In this document: piece by piece, positions 1-19,516 of the stretch
Layout of the letters: every line of letters begins with the position of its first letter
How positions within the stretch are numbered: the first letter of the stretch is position 1
Source of the DNA: Eledone cirrhosa
Taxonomy: Eukaryota
NCBI GenBank assembly: GCA_964016885.1
Contig: OZ024746.1
Span: forward strand, 43,834,001 to 43,898,000
Direction of reading: 5' to 3'
Length of the DNA stretch: 64,000 nucleotides
The notes under the pieces: generated by a model
What the model was told of the DNA's origin: nothing
Databases searched by the model: none
What the model saw: only the letters and a program-made list of their open reading frames with translations
Position numbers and translations under genes: made by a program

Positions 1-1376
1 AACAGTTACAAAAATGGTTGAGCATTGTACTAAATTTAGTTTTTTGTTATTTTCTATTCAAACTTCACAGAGATAATCTTTACTTTCTACATTTTCGATT
101 TTGATAAAATATTCAACAATCAAACATTTGAGATTGATTCAAACCACCATGCTTCTTTAGAAAATTGAAAATTTCCATACATATAAGAACCCATTATTAT
201 TATTATTTTTTTTTTTTTTTTGTAAATTTCTCCAAAGGTCTCGAAGTTCTATGTTAATTTTTATTCATTCAAAGTTAAAAATTTACACTGCAGCTTCTCC
301 AAGTTTCTGAATTTTGTGCATTCATTTCAGCAACAAAGATATTCATCACAAGCTTCAAATGAATAAATAAACTCAAATCCATCCAATAAGTACTTTTTCT
401 CTCGTTTATATACTGAAAACATGTGTGTGTGTGCACACGTGTGAGAGATACAGAAAGATCTTATATTTCAGATGTTATTGTACATGATAAAAAGGAAAAC
501 AAAGTGTAGAAAACAAAGTAACACCCAAAATACATTATAAATGTATTGTAGATTGATCTAGTTGTATGAATAAAATAAAGAATAAGATAAGAATCTAGAT
601 CTCATTAAATTATGGAACAAGTATTTCCTTATATAATTGAGATAAGACATCCAATTGTGTCCATTCATTGTTCTTTTCTCTGTGGAAAGAAATTTACAAA
701 TTGAATTAGTGTGGTCATTATAATTATGTAGAAAATGTAAATGGATGCAAATATACTTTAAATGTGTAACAAAATGGAATATATAATATGATATAATGTT
801 TTAATGTCACCTTTAAATACTGACATGGGTTTCTTGGAACTACGGTGTAGAATTTTAATTCCTTTCTGTGCTATCTTGTTTCTGAACCCCCAATCTCCCA
901 TCCTTTTAGTCTCCTTCCTTTGGGTGTTGTTTAGATACATTACATATTCATTTAAAAATATATTCATTTTTTTATATAAACTAATACTTATCTGCTTCCT
1001 CAGGTCACTTGCAATCTGGCTGTTATGCAAATTAATGCTGTTTTCCAAAGAATAATACTGCATCAATTATCTTACAAATGCTTCATATGATTTATAGAGA
1101 TGAAAAGGTTTGGAGACCAACAGAAAAACTGTTCTGTACATCTGCTTTCAGTAGATTAAGAAACACTTTATCAATTGATAAAGTGTTTCAGAGACTCTGA
1201 AAACTATCTAAAAAAAAGTATAATGCTCATTTTTATAACATGTTTCATCATAGGTATTCTCAATCAAGTCTGACCTAGAGTTAAACATCAACATGCCTAG
1301 TTAGTTTTATGTTGGCTGGGGAGCTATATTTCGAATTACTCTGATATACCTGATGCATCTAAAGTTCTGGCATTAT

Positions 1377-1565
1377 GGTGGATTGGCAGTATCGGTAGAG
1401 GGTCAGATGCCATTCTTTGCAGCAAAGAGTTATGGCCCTTTATGGTCTGAGTTCAAATCCCGCCGAGGTGAACTTTGCCTTTCATCATTATGGGGTCGAT
1501 AAAATAAAGTACCAGTAATACACTGGAATAATTGCTGGCCTTGTGCCAAAAGTAGTAACAATTAT
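1377..1565 (+). mobile_element. tRNA-derived SINE, family 1 (~190 bp)
   Basis: A-box-like TGGCAGTATCGG, B-box GAGTTCAAATCC, core GAGGTGAACTTTGCCTTTCATC..GGGGTCGATAAAATAAAGTACC, 3' end GTGCCAAAAGTAGTAACAATTAT; several near-identical copies elsewhere in the window. Confidence 0.9.
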
Positions 1566-1763
1566 GTACAGAGAACTGACTATCTCCTTTTTACATATCA
1601 GGCACTTCTATCTAATATGTTAGTTTAATGACGAACCCTTGCCTGATATACATTTAAATGAAAATTGAATTTTATGAAACTATATTATTCTAAAGCTATA
1701 TTTTGCATGTAATTGTAAAATATACACAATGACAGATAGAGAGGCAAATAAAGAAATAGGTGC

Positions 1764-4700
1764 ATCATCATCATCATCATACGTCCACTCTTCCCTGCTC
1801 GCAAGGGTGGGACGGGTCTTATTCAGCACAGCATCTCTCCACTCGTCACGGTCCTTTGTCATCTCCACTGTGAGCTTCAACGATCTGAGGTCTGTTCTCA
1901 CCACCTCCGCCCATGTTTTTCGTAGTCTACCTCTACCACGTCTTCCTTCAACTGGCATTTCCAAGCACTTCTTCACCCATCAGTCATCCTCCATGCGCAT
2001 CACATGTCCATACCACCTCATTCTCCTCTCCCATACACTACATTCTATTCCTCTCAGACACAGTTTCTCTCTCAACACATTCATGCTGGGTCGTTCACGC
2101 ACATTTACACTGCACATCCAACAGAGCATGGTTACCTCATTTCTCTCCAGCCATCACATATCCTCTGCAGTTGCTGCCCATGTCTCACTACCATGCAGCA
2201 TCGCACTCCCCACACAGGCATCATACAACCAGCCTTTCGTACGCAGAGAGAAACCGTTCTTCGTCAGCAGAGGAAGCAGCTCCCTAAACTTCTTCCAACC
2301 CGTCCTTATTCTAGAGACTATGGCTTCGGAACACCCTCCTCCCATGCTAATCTGATCTCCTAGGTACCGGAATCTATCCACCACTTCTATAGCACCCTCC
2401 TGCATTTGAAAAATGTGTCTATCAATGCGACTTCTACTGTCTAATTTCCCTGTGCATCAACTGCATACATATTTCTCCCTACCTGTCAGTTTGCCTGCTA
2501 TCCCGCTACATCTCTTGTGTACCCAGGATCTGCATTGTGTGCATTTTATAGAATTTATGCCAGTTCCTTTTCTGCATATCGAACATAGCCATTTCCCTGA
2601 TGGAATCAGAGTTTTGTCCTCTTTTCTACTCATCAACACTTTTGTCTTAGCTAGGTTCACTCTCAGTCCTCTTGCTTCCAACTGCTGTTTCCATAGTCAG
2701 AATTTATTCTCTAGCCCCTCTATTGATTCTGCTATAAGAACCAGATCGTCAGCATAGAGAAGTTCCCATGGACAGCCAATCTTAAACTCCTCTGTTATGG
2801 CTTGGAGGACTATAATGAACAAGAGTGGGCTGAGGACCGAACCTTGATGTACTCCTACTTGTATCTGGAATTCCTCACTAAACTCCATTCCTACCCTGAC
2901 TTTACTGAGAGTACCTCTGTACAACATTTGCACTGTCCTCACAAGCCATTCCTCAACACCTAGATTCCTTAGGGACTACCAGATGACAGATCGGAGTACC
3001 CTATCAAAGGCCTTATCTAGGTCAACAAAGGCTAATTATAATGGCTTATTTTTCTCTAAGAACCTCTCTTGCAATTGTCTCACCAAGAAGAGGGCATCTG
3101 TTGTAATCTTCCCAGGCACAAAACCAAACTGCATCTCATCTAGTTTGACCCTTTCTCTAATTAGTTGTGCTAATATCCTTTCTGCCACTTTCATAACCTG
3201 ATCCATCAGTTTTATACCCCTATAATTGCTCCTCTCCAGAGCATCACCTTTACCTTTGTAGCAATTTATGAGAATACTGTTGCACCAGTCTTTGGGTATG
3301 ACACCACCATATATAGCCTGATTGATGATGCGTGCAACCAGTTTAGTGCCTACGTCCCCTGATGCCTTCAGCATCTCAGCAACTATTCCCGATGATCCAG
3401 CAGCCTTACCATTTTTCATTTCCTTAATCGCCTCTTGGACCCTATATTCGTTAATCTCAATAGCTGGTCCCTCTGTCGGATCTACTGAGGGTAATTTCTC
3501 TCTCTCCCATTCGTACTCCACATTCATCAGTCTCTCATAATGACATTTCCAGGCCTCCTTTTTCTGATCATTCGTGACACTAAGTACACCGGCATCATCC
3601 CAGACACATTTATCTCCAAACAACACTGCCTTGCAATGTGGAACACCGCACACCTCTGATCTTCCCGTCGCAGAACATTGGCAAACCTCCTACTCTCAGC
3701 CTCCCTGCATGCTAAGTACACCTGACGTCTGGCTTCTCTCTTAGCAGCTGTATATTCTTCCCTACTCCCACCCTTTTTCCAAGCCTTCCATGCTAGTCTT
3801 TTGTCTCTAATGGCCTTATCTACTGTGCTGTTCCACCACCAGGTCACTCTCTGTCTGGTTGGAGCTCTGCTCCAGCCACAAGTTTCATCAGTAGCCTGCA
3901 GCAAGTTGTCACGTAAGAAATTCCAGTTATTATCTATGTCATATGTCTCTAAATCGTCTTCTTTTTGTCATATATGTCTTGAAGGGCTTTCCTAAATTTG
4001 TATTTTTAGTGAAAGGTCTTTTAGCTTCCAGACCTTTCTTCTCCACACCTTCCTGTATGTCTCATTCCATCTCTTGCTTACTGAGATATCACTAACGACT
4101 AACCTATGCTGTGGGGGTACATTCTTCCCCAGGGTATGCCTTGGTATTAGACACTATCTGCCTGTCCCGCTGCCTAACTAGTAAGAAGTCAATCTGGATT
4201 ATGTGCTCGCCAGATTTGTAGGTTATTAGGTGGTTGGCAGGTTTCTGGAAGTTTGTGTTGCAAATAGTCAGTGTACTTGCATCACAAAATTCAAGAAGGC
4301 TCACTGCTTCTTCATTTCTTGAGCCATAACCGTGCCCACCAGGTACCCCAGTGTAACCATCCTGGAGCTGTCCAATATGACCATTGAAGTCCCCTGCTAA
4401 CATAACGATGTCTCCGTCCTCTTTCATTGCGCTTGTTTGTACAAGTTGCTCCTAAAGCAGTCTTTCTCATCTTTGCCTAGGCCTGCTTGGGGAGCATAGG
4501 CAGAAATGATTGTCAGTAGTCTCCTGCCTACAACTAATCTAAGCTTAATTATTCGATTACTAACTCGAACTACCTCTATTGTCTTATTGATCCATCTCTC
4601 AGCCAGGAAAATGCCTACTCCCCCTAACCCATCATCCTTACCTATCCAGAAAAGCTTATAGCTAAGATGTTTGCCTACGACTAGTCTCGCAGAGGCACCT

Positions 4701-4800
4701 CTCCATCTCACCTCTTGCACGCAGCACACATCCACATGCCTTCTCTCCAGCATCTCTACCTCTGAGAGTGCCAACATTAGGTGTTGCAACTCTGAGATGC
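1764..4800 (-). mobile_element. Near full-length decayed RTE-clade LINE, subfamily A (APE endonuclease + RT with PHD-like insert), (TGA)n tail
   Basis: Collinear minus-strand ORF pieces: APE (DVCCVQEVRW, ISAYAPQ, AGDFNGHIG, QIDFLL), RT (NYRGIKL, QFGFVPG, GVHQGSVLSPLLF, LLYADDL, FRYLG), C-terminal RGRGRLRKTW; several frameshifts and stops; (CAT)n at 1763-1779. Confidence 0.95.
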
Positions 4801-6199
4801 GACGTCTTCATATTTTGTTGTTGTTCCTATTTGTTGCTGTGCTGATAAGTGTTTTGGCATTGATACACTGGTTGGATGCCCTTCCTAACACCATATATAT
4901 ATATATAGGATATACATTGAAAATAAGATTAAAAATCTTGTGAAAGAGAATATAAAACATTTTTTCAATTGCGATTTGATTTGTTGAAGTATCCAGTTGT
5001 TATTTCTTATTGTCTTTTAATTAAAATATTTTTGCAACCTTTAAGGTGACCAATTGTGGTGGTGTGTAAAAAATAAATATTAACTTAAAAAGAGAGTGAT
5101 AAATAACAAAGAAAATTATTTGAATGGAGAGAACCTGAAAATAGAACTTGCAAACAAGATATTATAATGAATACCTGTATGTGTGTATGGATGGTCAGTG
5201 ATTATGTATTTCCCAGTAAACAGAATAGTTTGTTAGCTAGCAACATCATAAATATCAATTCTACTTCATTTCCACACATGAAAATATGAAATTATAATTT
5301 ATTACCAGAATACTGTCTAGATCTGTTTCGTATAATTTTTAAAAGAATGTTTAATGTTTTTTTCTTGTTCTGGGTGTATTAGAAATACAATTCATAGCTA
5401 TCCTAGTAGCTGAATAAAACTCACAAAACTTCATTATAAATTTCATTTCACACTTTCCTTTGAAGAGAATCATGAAAATCATGCCTCTTGTCACCTTAGT
5501 ATCATTTCATATTGGTTTTTATGGTAGAAATCTTAAATTCTTTTTTCTTCGGTGATATGTGACATATTTACATGGCTAAATTGAATGGGTGTTTTCTTTT
5601 GTAACTACAACTTGAAATAAAACTAGAACTTTATTTAGTCTTCTTATATAAGTATTGATTTCAGGTCTTCATGAATTGGAATATTTTTACTCTTGAATGA
5701 TTTTTATAACCTGAGGGATAGATTTTGACCCACAAGCTGGCCTCTAATTTAAGCCTAGTTGCTTTTAAACTTGTAAGAGTTATTTTGAGACCATCAATAA
5801 TAAAAAAAAAATAGTATCGGTTAGAAAAAGAAGCTCACCTAATTAATATAAAATTTTTGTATACATAGTTAGTGTGTTGCTATCAAATATTTCATGATAG
5901 TCAAATAAATTGGTTATAGTTTTTAATGTATTTACCTAAGTCTACCAAACAAATCAATATTTTCATCTATGCCCATATTGGCAGTTATTAAGTTTTTAAA
6001 CTGATTTCTCAAATTTAACATATATATTTAAAAAATCAATACTTAGCTTTGCTATGGTATTGAATGAAAATAAAAGAGTCCAAGGAATGTGGTGAAAAAA
6101 ACTATACAGTGGTGATAGGGAGTTTGAGCAAATTTGTACTCTATGAGAAGAGAAATAGGACATTTCATGACTGGCCCTTCATCTGACAAAAAGAAATTG

Positions 6200-6420
6200 T
6201 GCAACTGTTAAATAATTGTTTCTACTTTTAGCACGAGGCCAGCAATTATCCCAGTGCATTACTGGTACTTTATTTTATCGACCCCGTAAGGATGAAAGGC
6301 AAAGTCAATCTCAACGGGATTTGAACTCAGACCGTAAAGGGACCTAACTATGCTGAAAAGCATGGCGTCCGACCCTCTACCGATACTGCCAATTCACCGC
6401 CCTTGCAACTGTTAAATAAT
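6200..6420 (-). mobile_element. SINE family 1, full length, with 17-bp TSD
   Basis: Reverse-complement match to 1377-1565; TGCAACTGTTAAATAAT at 6200-6216 and 6404-6420. Confidence 0.92.
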
Positions 6421-8061
6421 GATTTAACATTTGATCAATTTTATTTTTCTCAACCAAAGGGTCAGTGGATGTCAATCCTGAAATGTCAGATTTCCTTCTT
6501 TTGTTATACAAAATAATGTACTGATACTGAATGTTTACAGTACAGCATATACTGTTCTTGGAGGTATTGTAGCAGTGAGATTGTGTTCTATTATATTTAG
6601 TAGTTACCTGTTTTTGTATGCTTGTAAATTTTGTTTTTGTTTCAAGAGAAATGAGATAGAACCAATTAATACAGGATATATGTTTGTTGAATCTAAGGAG
6701 AGGCAGTCATTGTGAGGGGTGTATTGTTGATACATATGTAATTACATAGACTGTTGGGATTTAAATGGACTGAGGCTATAAAATTCATTTCTTGTACATG
6801 AAAGTGAGAGGGAATAGAAGGCTAAGTTGATAGGATACTGATCACCCCTCCGAAAATTAGGCATTTGATAGCTTGTCACTGGCCTTAACTCTGAATTAAC
6901 CCAGACCAGACTGGAAATAAGTACTGGTGGGTACGAATAATTTGTTTGTGCATTCAATGAAAGCATTGCAAATTTGCAAATATATTTGAATATATAGAAA
7001 ATGCAATATGTAGCCATTAATGTCAACTGGTGATGCAGAATGTTTTGCTGAGATCTAATAAGAGTGAAATATGTTTGTCTAAAGACTAAGTCTACTCTTA
7101 TACTGTATGTTCTATGTTTTCCAAACATTTCAATTAATCTGTTGTGCTGGATACATCATGCCCACTAGGTCCAACATGGTGAAATATCTGTTAAAATAAA
7201 TGGTGGTGGAGATGGAAGTTAGGATGTGTTATATATTGCTGGGCCTCTCACCTAATATAAAATCACCCATTATCATGCCTATTATCATCACTACCTCTCT
7301 CACCATCACTCATCACTCAGTATTGACATTCTCTATTGCTAACCATTATTTTCTTTCTCTATTCTATTGACTCTTCATTGACATTTATCCATCACAGATG
7401 ACCATATTCAATACAATCACCATCCAGAGCTAACCACCATTTTCCCTCTCTCCCATGAGATTCTTAGCTGCCAACCACTACTCTCACCATCACACTTTTC
7501 TATTGCTAACCACTACTAATTTTCTCCTATTTTGGCACACCATTATTCTGAATATCTTACCAACGACCAGTATCTTCTTCTTGCTCACACATTCAATTTT
7601 GGCAAAGTTTCTATGATTGGATGTACTTCCTATTAAAAATCTCTTCACTGAATCTATGGATACAATTTATCTAGGTACCAGAAACAGTCTATAAAAGAAA
7701 AACAGGACTGTATATGTATGTTGGATTAGAGTTGACCCAGGGTCTAAACAGCAACAGTTGTATTTTAACTCCTAATGTAATGCTTTGTATTAACTTTTCC
7801 ATCTCTGTAATTCATTTACTTTCAAGACTTTGTAAGCTTCAAACTATTATGGTTTATTATTCTTTGCTTCTCACCTCATCTTTCATATTTTTGGCCTGCA
7901 GATATATATCACTTTCAATTCAGAGGACCTTCAGTAGGTATTTGTTCATAGCTGTTTGATATGTTGTTAAGTTCTATTCCCTAAATATTTGTCAGACACA
8001 TAGTGATTGACATACCATGCTGAAGTACAGTATACCTTAATGAGGCAATATTTAGTTCATC

Positions 8062-9532
8062 ATGATCATCACCGTTTTACGTCCGTTGTTCCATGCTAGC
8101 ATGGGTTAGACGGGTTGTCCTGTTGTGGGCAGTGTCTGGTCGGCTGACCATGCCTTGCTCATACAGGAACTGATTTTGGCTTGATTTCTACAGCTGGATG
8201 CCCTTCCTAACACCAACCTCATTTACAGTGAGTGCTGGGTGCTTTTTCCGTGGCGCCTACATGTCCACTTTACAGTGTGGGCTGGGTGCTTTTTTGCCGT
8301 GGCTCCTCCACGACCACTTTGCAGTGGGAGGGTGTGGGCGCATATTGTCTATATGCTTCAGCTTGTACCAATGGGAGGTCGGGTACTCTGTATTACTGCG
8401 TGACGCCAGAGGTCACGGTCGTGTGTCATCGCCTTTGAGAGGTGTAATTGGGTAAGGTCGGCTTGTATCACCTCATCCCAGGTCTTCTTGGGTCTCCCCA
8501 CTCCGCGGTTTCCATTGACTTCTAGTGCTCTGCACCTCTTTATGCAGCTGTCATCCTTCATACGCATCACATGTCCATACCAACGCCTCTCCTGCACACA
8601 GCATTTGATTCCTCTTATGCTCAGTCTCTCTCTCAATTCATTTATGCTTTGCCGTTCGCGTATATTACTATTACACATCAATCGGAGCATGCAGGCTTCG
8701 TTTTTTTCTAATCTATGTAAGTCTTCCACCTTCAGCGCCCAGGTCTCACTACCATGTAACATTGCTGTTCGGATACACGCATCATACGGTCTGCCTTTCA
8801 TTTTGAGGGAGAAGCCTTTTGCAGCTAGCAGTGGCAGTAGTTCCCTGAACTTCTTCCATCCCGTTCTTACCCTAGTTATTGTACTTTCTGAACACCCACC
8901 TCCGCTGCTAATTCGGTCACCTAGGTAGCAGAAGCTGTCTACTGTTTCTACAGAGCCCTCCCAGAGATTGGTGGTACTTGTTTCCTGCTTGCTGTCCCAG
9001 CACAGCAGCTACATGTGAAGCCTACATTCTTAATTAAGCCTCCTGAGATCCCACTACATCTCTTGTGTACCCATTGTTTGCATTTGGCGCAGAGAATGGA
9101 GTTCCTACCTACACCTTTCCTACATACTGAGCAAGGCCATTTCCCCGAGGGGATCTGGGTTCTGTTTTCTCGTCTACTTACAAGGACCTTAGTCTTTGTC
9201 ATGTTGACTTTGAGACCTTTTCTTTCTAGTCCCTGCTTCCAAGTTTGGAATTTCTTCTCTAGTTCTACCATAGATTCAGCTATAAGTGTGAGGTCATCTG
9301 CATACAGGAGTTCCCATGAGCATCCGGTCTTAAACTCCTCTGTTATTGCCTGCAGGACTATGATGAACAGGAGAGGGCTAAGAACAGAGCCCTGGTGGAC
9401 ACCAACCTGTACGCTAAATTCCTCGCTATACTCATAGCTAATCCTAACTTTGCTGACTGCTCCCTTATACATGGCTTGTACAGCTTTCACAAGCCATTCA
9501 TCTACTCCTAGTTTTCTAAGAACCCACCAGAT
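8062..9532 (-). mobile_element. 5'-truncated RTE LINE, subfamily B, with long composite 3' UTR
   Basis: ORFs 8948-9574 (HQGSVLSPLLF, LLYADDL, Cys-rich insert) and 8358-8801 (WYGHVMRM, GRPKKTW); 3' UTR 8062-8357 with ~50-bp tandem units, AGGAAGGGCATCCAGC motif and CCATGC-TA-GCATGG stem-loop tail. Confidence 0.93.
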
Positions 9533-10356
9533 TATAGCACCAGTTGTCACACAATTTTCTTTTAGTATTTTCAATCTTCAAGCTAGTTTCTCTTAATTCT
9601 ACAGACATCACCACACAAAGACATGTTCAACATTTATGTTAATTATGAGTGAAAACTGTCTATTTTGTTAATATACACACCTGATATAAAGTTTAAGTTA
9701 TACATTATAAATTAACATAAACAGAAACAGTGATAAAAATACCTTGTAAACATACTGATATCTTATTTCTATGATTCAGAATTAGTTTCAGTTCTTTAGA
9801 AATGCATCAAAGACTGATACTTACTTTTGTGTAACCAAATATCTCATTTGGAGGTTTTCTTCGAAATTGACTGATTTTAATTAAATAAAAACCTCTGGCA
9901 GTTACTTGTATACTTTGAGCATTCAACATAGCAAATTATTTGAAGCAAGTTGATGTAAGTGACAGCTTCTTCCTATATAGTAAGTGATTCTTTATATACA
10001 ACATTTCTCTTTTTCTAGAATTTCTTATCCTGCACTTGCTATTAGATCAGCTTAATACTCTAAAATATTGCCCTAAGATTAAATAGACAGGAATCAAGAG
10101 AAAGGAATTTTAAACAAAAAGATGAAAGAATTTATTTATTTCTTCTTCTGAAAAACAACCCCCAAAACATGAATAGATCTGTTTATTTTCTGAAAATTGA
10201 GATTACATATTTATGAACACATAAAATTATTCGGGATTATTTTTGTTTTCATTTTCTAAAACAAAATTTGACATTCAGCTTTAGCATGGAAATAAGCCAA
10301 GTAGTGTGATAATTAAGAAAATTCATCTCATATATCTAAATCAAATACATATTGTA

Positions 10357-10773
<417 letters not shown>

Positions 10774-10880
10774 TATATATATATATATAGTAATAATAAT
10801 AAAGGTGAAGACTAAAATCCAAAGAGGGCTCGATAAGGATAAATATATATCAAATATATAAGAACCATAGAGAAAATATT

Positions 10881-10989
10881 TATTAAAATAACAGATTAAA
10901 GTTTAAGCAAAGAATAACTGATTTCACCCTTAACTGGATCTCCTTAAAGCGTGAAAGCAGTGATTCTTTGCTTAAACTTTAATCTGTTA

Positions 10990-10997
<8 letters not shown>
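10881..10997. repeat. ~52-bp-arm inverted repeat (hairpin)
   Basis: TATTAAAATAACAGATTAAAGTTTAAGCAAAGAAT.. at 10881 is reverse-complemented in the arm ending at 10997; few mismatches, ~10-nt loop. Confidence 0.9.
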
Positions 10998-11038
<41 letters not shown>

Positions 11039-11157
11039 GTATATATATATATATATATATATGAATATATATATATATATATATACAATAGATTAACAGA
11101 GAAAGCCTTAAGCGATACTCTTACCAACTCCATCTCATATATATATATATAAATATG

Positions 11158-11188
<31 letters not shown>

Positions 11189-11287
11189 GTATATATATAT
11201 ATAAATATGTATATATATATATATATATATAAATATGTATATATATATATAAGTATGTATATATATATATAAATATGTATATATATA

Positions 11288-11624
11288 TCATCATCATCAA
11301 CATTTTGCGTCCGCTTTTCCCTGCTTGCAAGGGTGGGACGGGAACTGATCCTGGCTTGATTTCTACAGCTGGATGCCCTTCCTAACACCAACCTCATTTA
11401 CAGTGAGTGCTGGGTGCTTTTTTGCCGTGGCACCTCCACGACCACTTTACAGTGGAATGATATGGATCCCAGTCCCTATCATCTCTTTCTACAGCTGAGT
11501 AAACTGGAGCAATGTGAAATAATGTGTCTTGCTCAAGGAAACAACACATCACCCAGTCTGAGAATTGAACTCACAACCTTTCGATTGCAAGGCCAATGCT
11601 CTAACCACTAAGCCATGTGCCTCC
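11288..11624 (-). mobile_element. SINE family 2, full length, with (TGA)n tail
   Basis: Reverse-complement match to 10468-10773 plus 5' GGAGGCAC and a 3' tail matching the RTE 3' end at 1764-1813. Confidence 0.92.
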
Positions 11625-13530
<1,906 letters not shown>

Positions 13531-14864
13531 CATCAACCGCATGCAGTTCTCTGGCTACAACCAAAGAGACAGAGTCAGAATATACGAAGGAGCCATGGAA
13601 AAGTATAAGACCCTCATAGAACTGGACATGAAAGGAATTTGCCCACTATACAGGAGCAAATCATGGAATAGCTTAGATAGGGCTAGACATAAGATAGGGA
13701 AGGCCACATCATGGTACGACAACCAGAGATATCAGAGTGTCATGTTTGTGGACGCCACCCCTGGAGGGAAATTAGCTAACCAGTGTAGAAAGGCCCTGAG
13801 AAAGACCCACTTAAAAATAAAGGTGGTAGAAAAGCCAGGAACCACCATAAAATCCCTGATCAGCAAAACCTACCCTTTTAAGAAAACCCACTGTACCAAT
13901 AGGAAATGTATCATATGTAAGGTGAACCCCCGGATAAACTGTAAAACTAGAAACGTAGTCTATAGCATAAGATGTACAGAGGGTACTTGCAGAAACACGA
14001 CAACAACATACATAGGTGAGACAGCTCGTAGCATAGGTGAAAGGATAGACCAACACTGGGGGGAACTAAAAGGACGAAAAAACGGGTCAGTACTATACGA
14101 ACATGCTAGACAACATCATGACGGTAACATAGACAACATAGAAATTAGAATAATATCTAAACATAGGAATGACCCAGCAGATAGGCAAATCAGAGAGGCC
14201 AGTGAAATAGAAATTAGAAGACCAAAGCTAAACAGAAAGAATGAGTGGAACAACAACAACACCCAAACAAACAACACTGACCTAAGAGAAGTATAAATAA
14301 ATAAGTAAATTAAATTAAATAAAATAAGATAAATAAATACATACACAAGCACATAAACACACACTAGTCACCCAGCAGACACAACACTATACACACTAGT
14401 CACACATCACACATAACACTATACACACACGCAAACGCATGCGCAAAGAAGACAAAATAAAATAAGATAAACAAACAAGCAAATAAATAAATAAATATAT
14501 AGACAGACTGAACAAAAAAAAAAAATGGCGTAGACATACAACACAACAGGAGGAACAATGAATATAACACCACTGACGATGTTGCAGATGTGCAACGAAA
14601 GATTTATGTAAACTATATATATATGTGTTTGTCTATATTGTATCTGTATTATTTTTGACCGCCGGTCAGTCAATGGCAACATTGAGGACCGAGTAAGTTA
14701 GATCGCAGATACATATATATAAAAGACAGCGAGAAGCGAAAACCAACCAAACAGTGAGTGTGTTCTGTTATTAATTCTGGCAATATTACGCAAATATGAC
14801 CCTCCCCAAATATAACAATATCTGTTTCGACACACGATTTCATATAAAAAACCTCGCAAAACTA
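13531..14864 (+). mobile_element. Penelope-like element fragment (Naiad-like): post-RT region + GIY-YIG endonuclease + 3' pseudo-LTR
   Basis: Open frame to stop at 14296: [92 protein letters not shown]; hammerhead core downstream. PLE call is strong; Naiad assignment is from recalled motifs. Confidence 0.85.
14560..14630 (+). ncRNA. Minimal hammerhead ribozyme core in PLE 3' region
   Basis: CTGACGA (14573-14579), stem II GTTGCA-gatg-TGCAAC, GAAA (14597-14600); stems I and III only weakly assignable. Confidence 0.65.
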
Positions 14865-18783
<3,919 letters not shown>

Positions 18784-19367
18784 ATGGTGGCTGCCAACTC
18801 GTTTTCGAGTACGGCCACTACTTTATATCCATATAGGAGAACCCCTACCGATGCGCTGAACGAGAGTGACTTTTTAGTCCAGCCAGCAACTTGTGACAAA
18901 TATTGACACACAGTGCTGGGCCCATGGTACCCTGTGACGACAAGTGCAGAGAGATCTCCAGATATAAAGCAATGCCTGTGCCGTGAAGCTTTTATAGTGA
19001 GCAAAGGCACTGCACAAAGCCAGTCCCACTCTCTTAACCAAGATGATATTTACCAAAAAGAAGAACAAGTCAACATCATTGGATACCATCAGAGTTGCAG
19101 GTGTTATATCAGAGTTTTCCTTCTCCTAGAATTCTGCCTTGACAAAGGCTAAAGGGTCATCTCTCCCGGTGATTTTGGATGGCCATTGACTCTTAAGAGC
19201 TCCTTTGCCCTTTGACAGGTCTTGTTTTTAGTCCTGCAGGATGTCCAAAGTCACCCTCCTCACCAAGAAACCTTGGTGGGGTTGCCAGTTTAGTCGCCAA
19301 CGACCCGACCATGGGTCAGGTTGTACTGGGATACATGTTACCAGTAGCACCAACTGGTGACCTGACA
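18784..19367 (-). mobile_element. Complex island between microsatellite arrays; probable 5' leader of a non-LTR retrotransposon (R4/RTE-like), inverted relative to the downstream ORF
   Basis: Higher GC, no convincing protein; minus strand begins GTCAGGT with several helices, contains CTAGGAGAAGGAAAACTCTGA (recalled from non-LTR 5' UTRs) and ends GCCACCATG at the array edge. Confidence 0.45.
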
Positions 19368-19368
19368 T

Positions 19369-19516
19369 AAATATACATACATATATATATACATACATAC
19401 ATATATATATACATACATACATATATATATACATACATACATATATATATACATACATACATATATATATACATACATACATATATATATACATACATAC
19501 ATATATACATACATAC
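19369..19516. repeat. (ATATATATATACATACATAC)n 20-nt tandem microsatellite
   Basis: About six exact 20-mer units. Confidence 0.95.

Noticed and set aside
758-1107. ORFs 758-1066 and 804-1055, and an apparent AG..GT exon at 1004-1107
   Set aside because: No recognisable motifs; the putative exon has stops in all three frames
1729-2757. Plus-strand ORFs of 114-208 aa, and similar antisense ORFs at 8488-9437 and 45591-46357
   Set aside because: Antisense shadows of RTE coding sequence
13531-14864. Selenoprotein-type Naiad (in-frame UGA plus SECIS)
   Set aside because: The preserved frame has no in-frame TGA and its cysteines use TGT/TGC; no SECIS identified by eye
19270-19367. HDV-like ribozyme at the start of the inverted island
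   Set aside because: Helices and a CTAA-ACTGG ending are present, but I could not fit the canonical P1/P1.1/P2/P3 order; left as an unassigned structure
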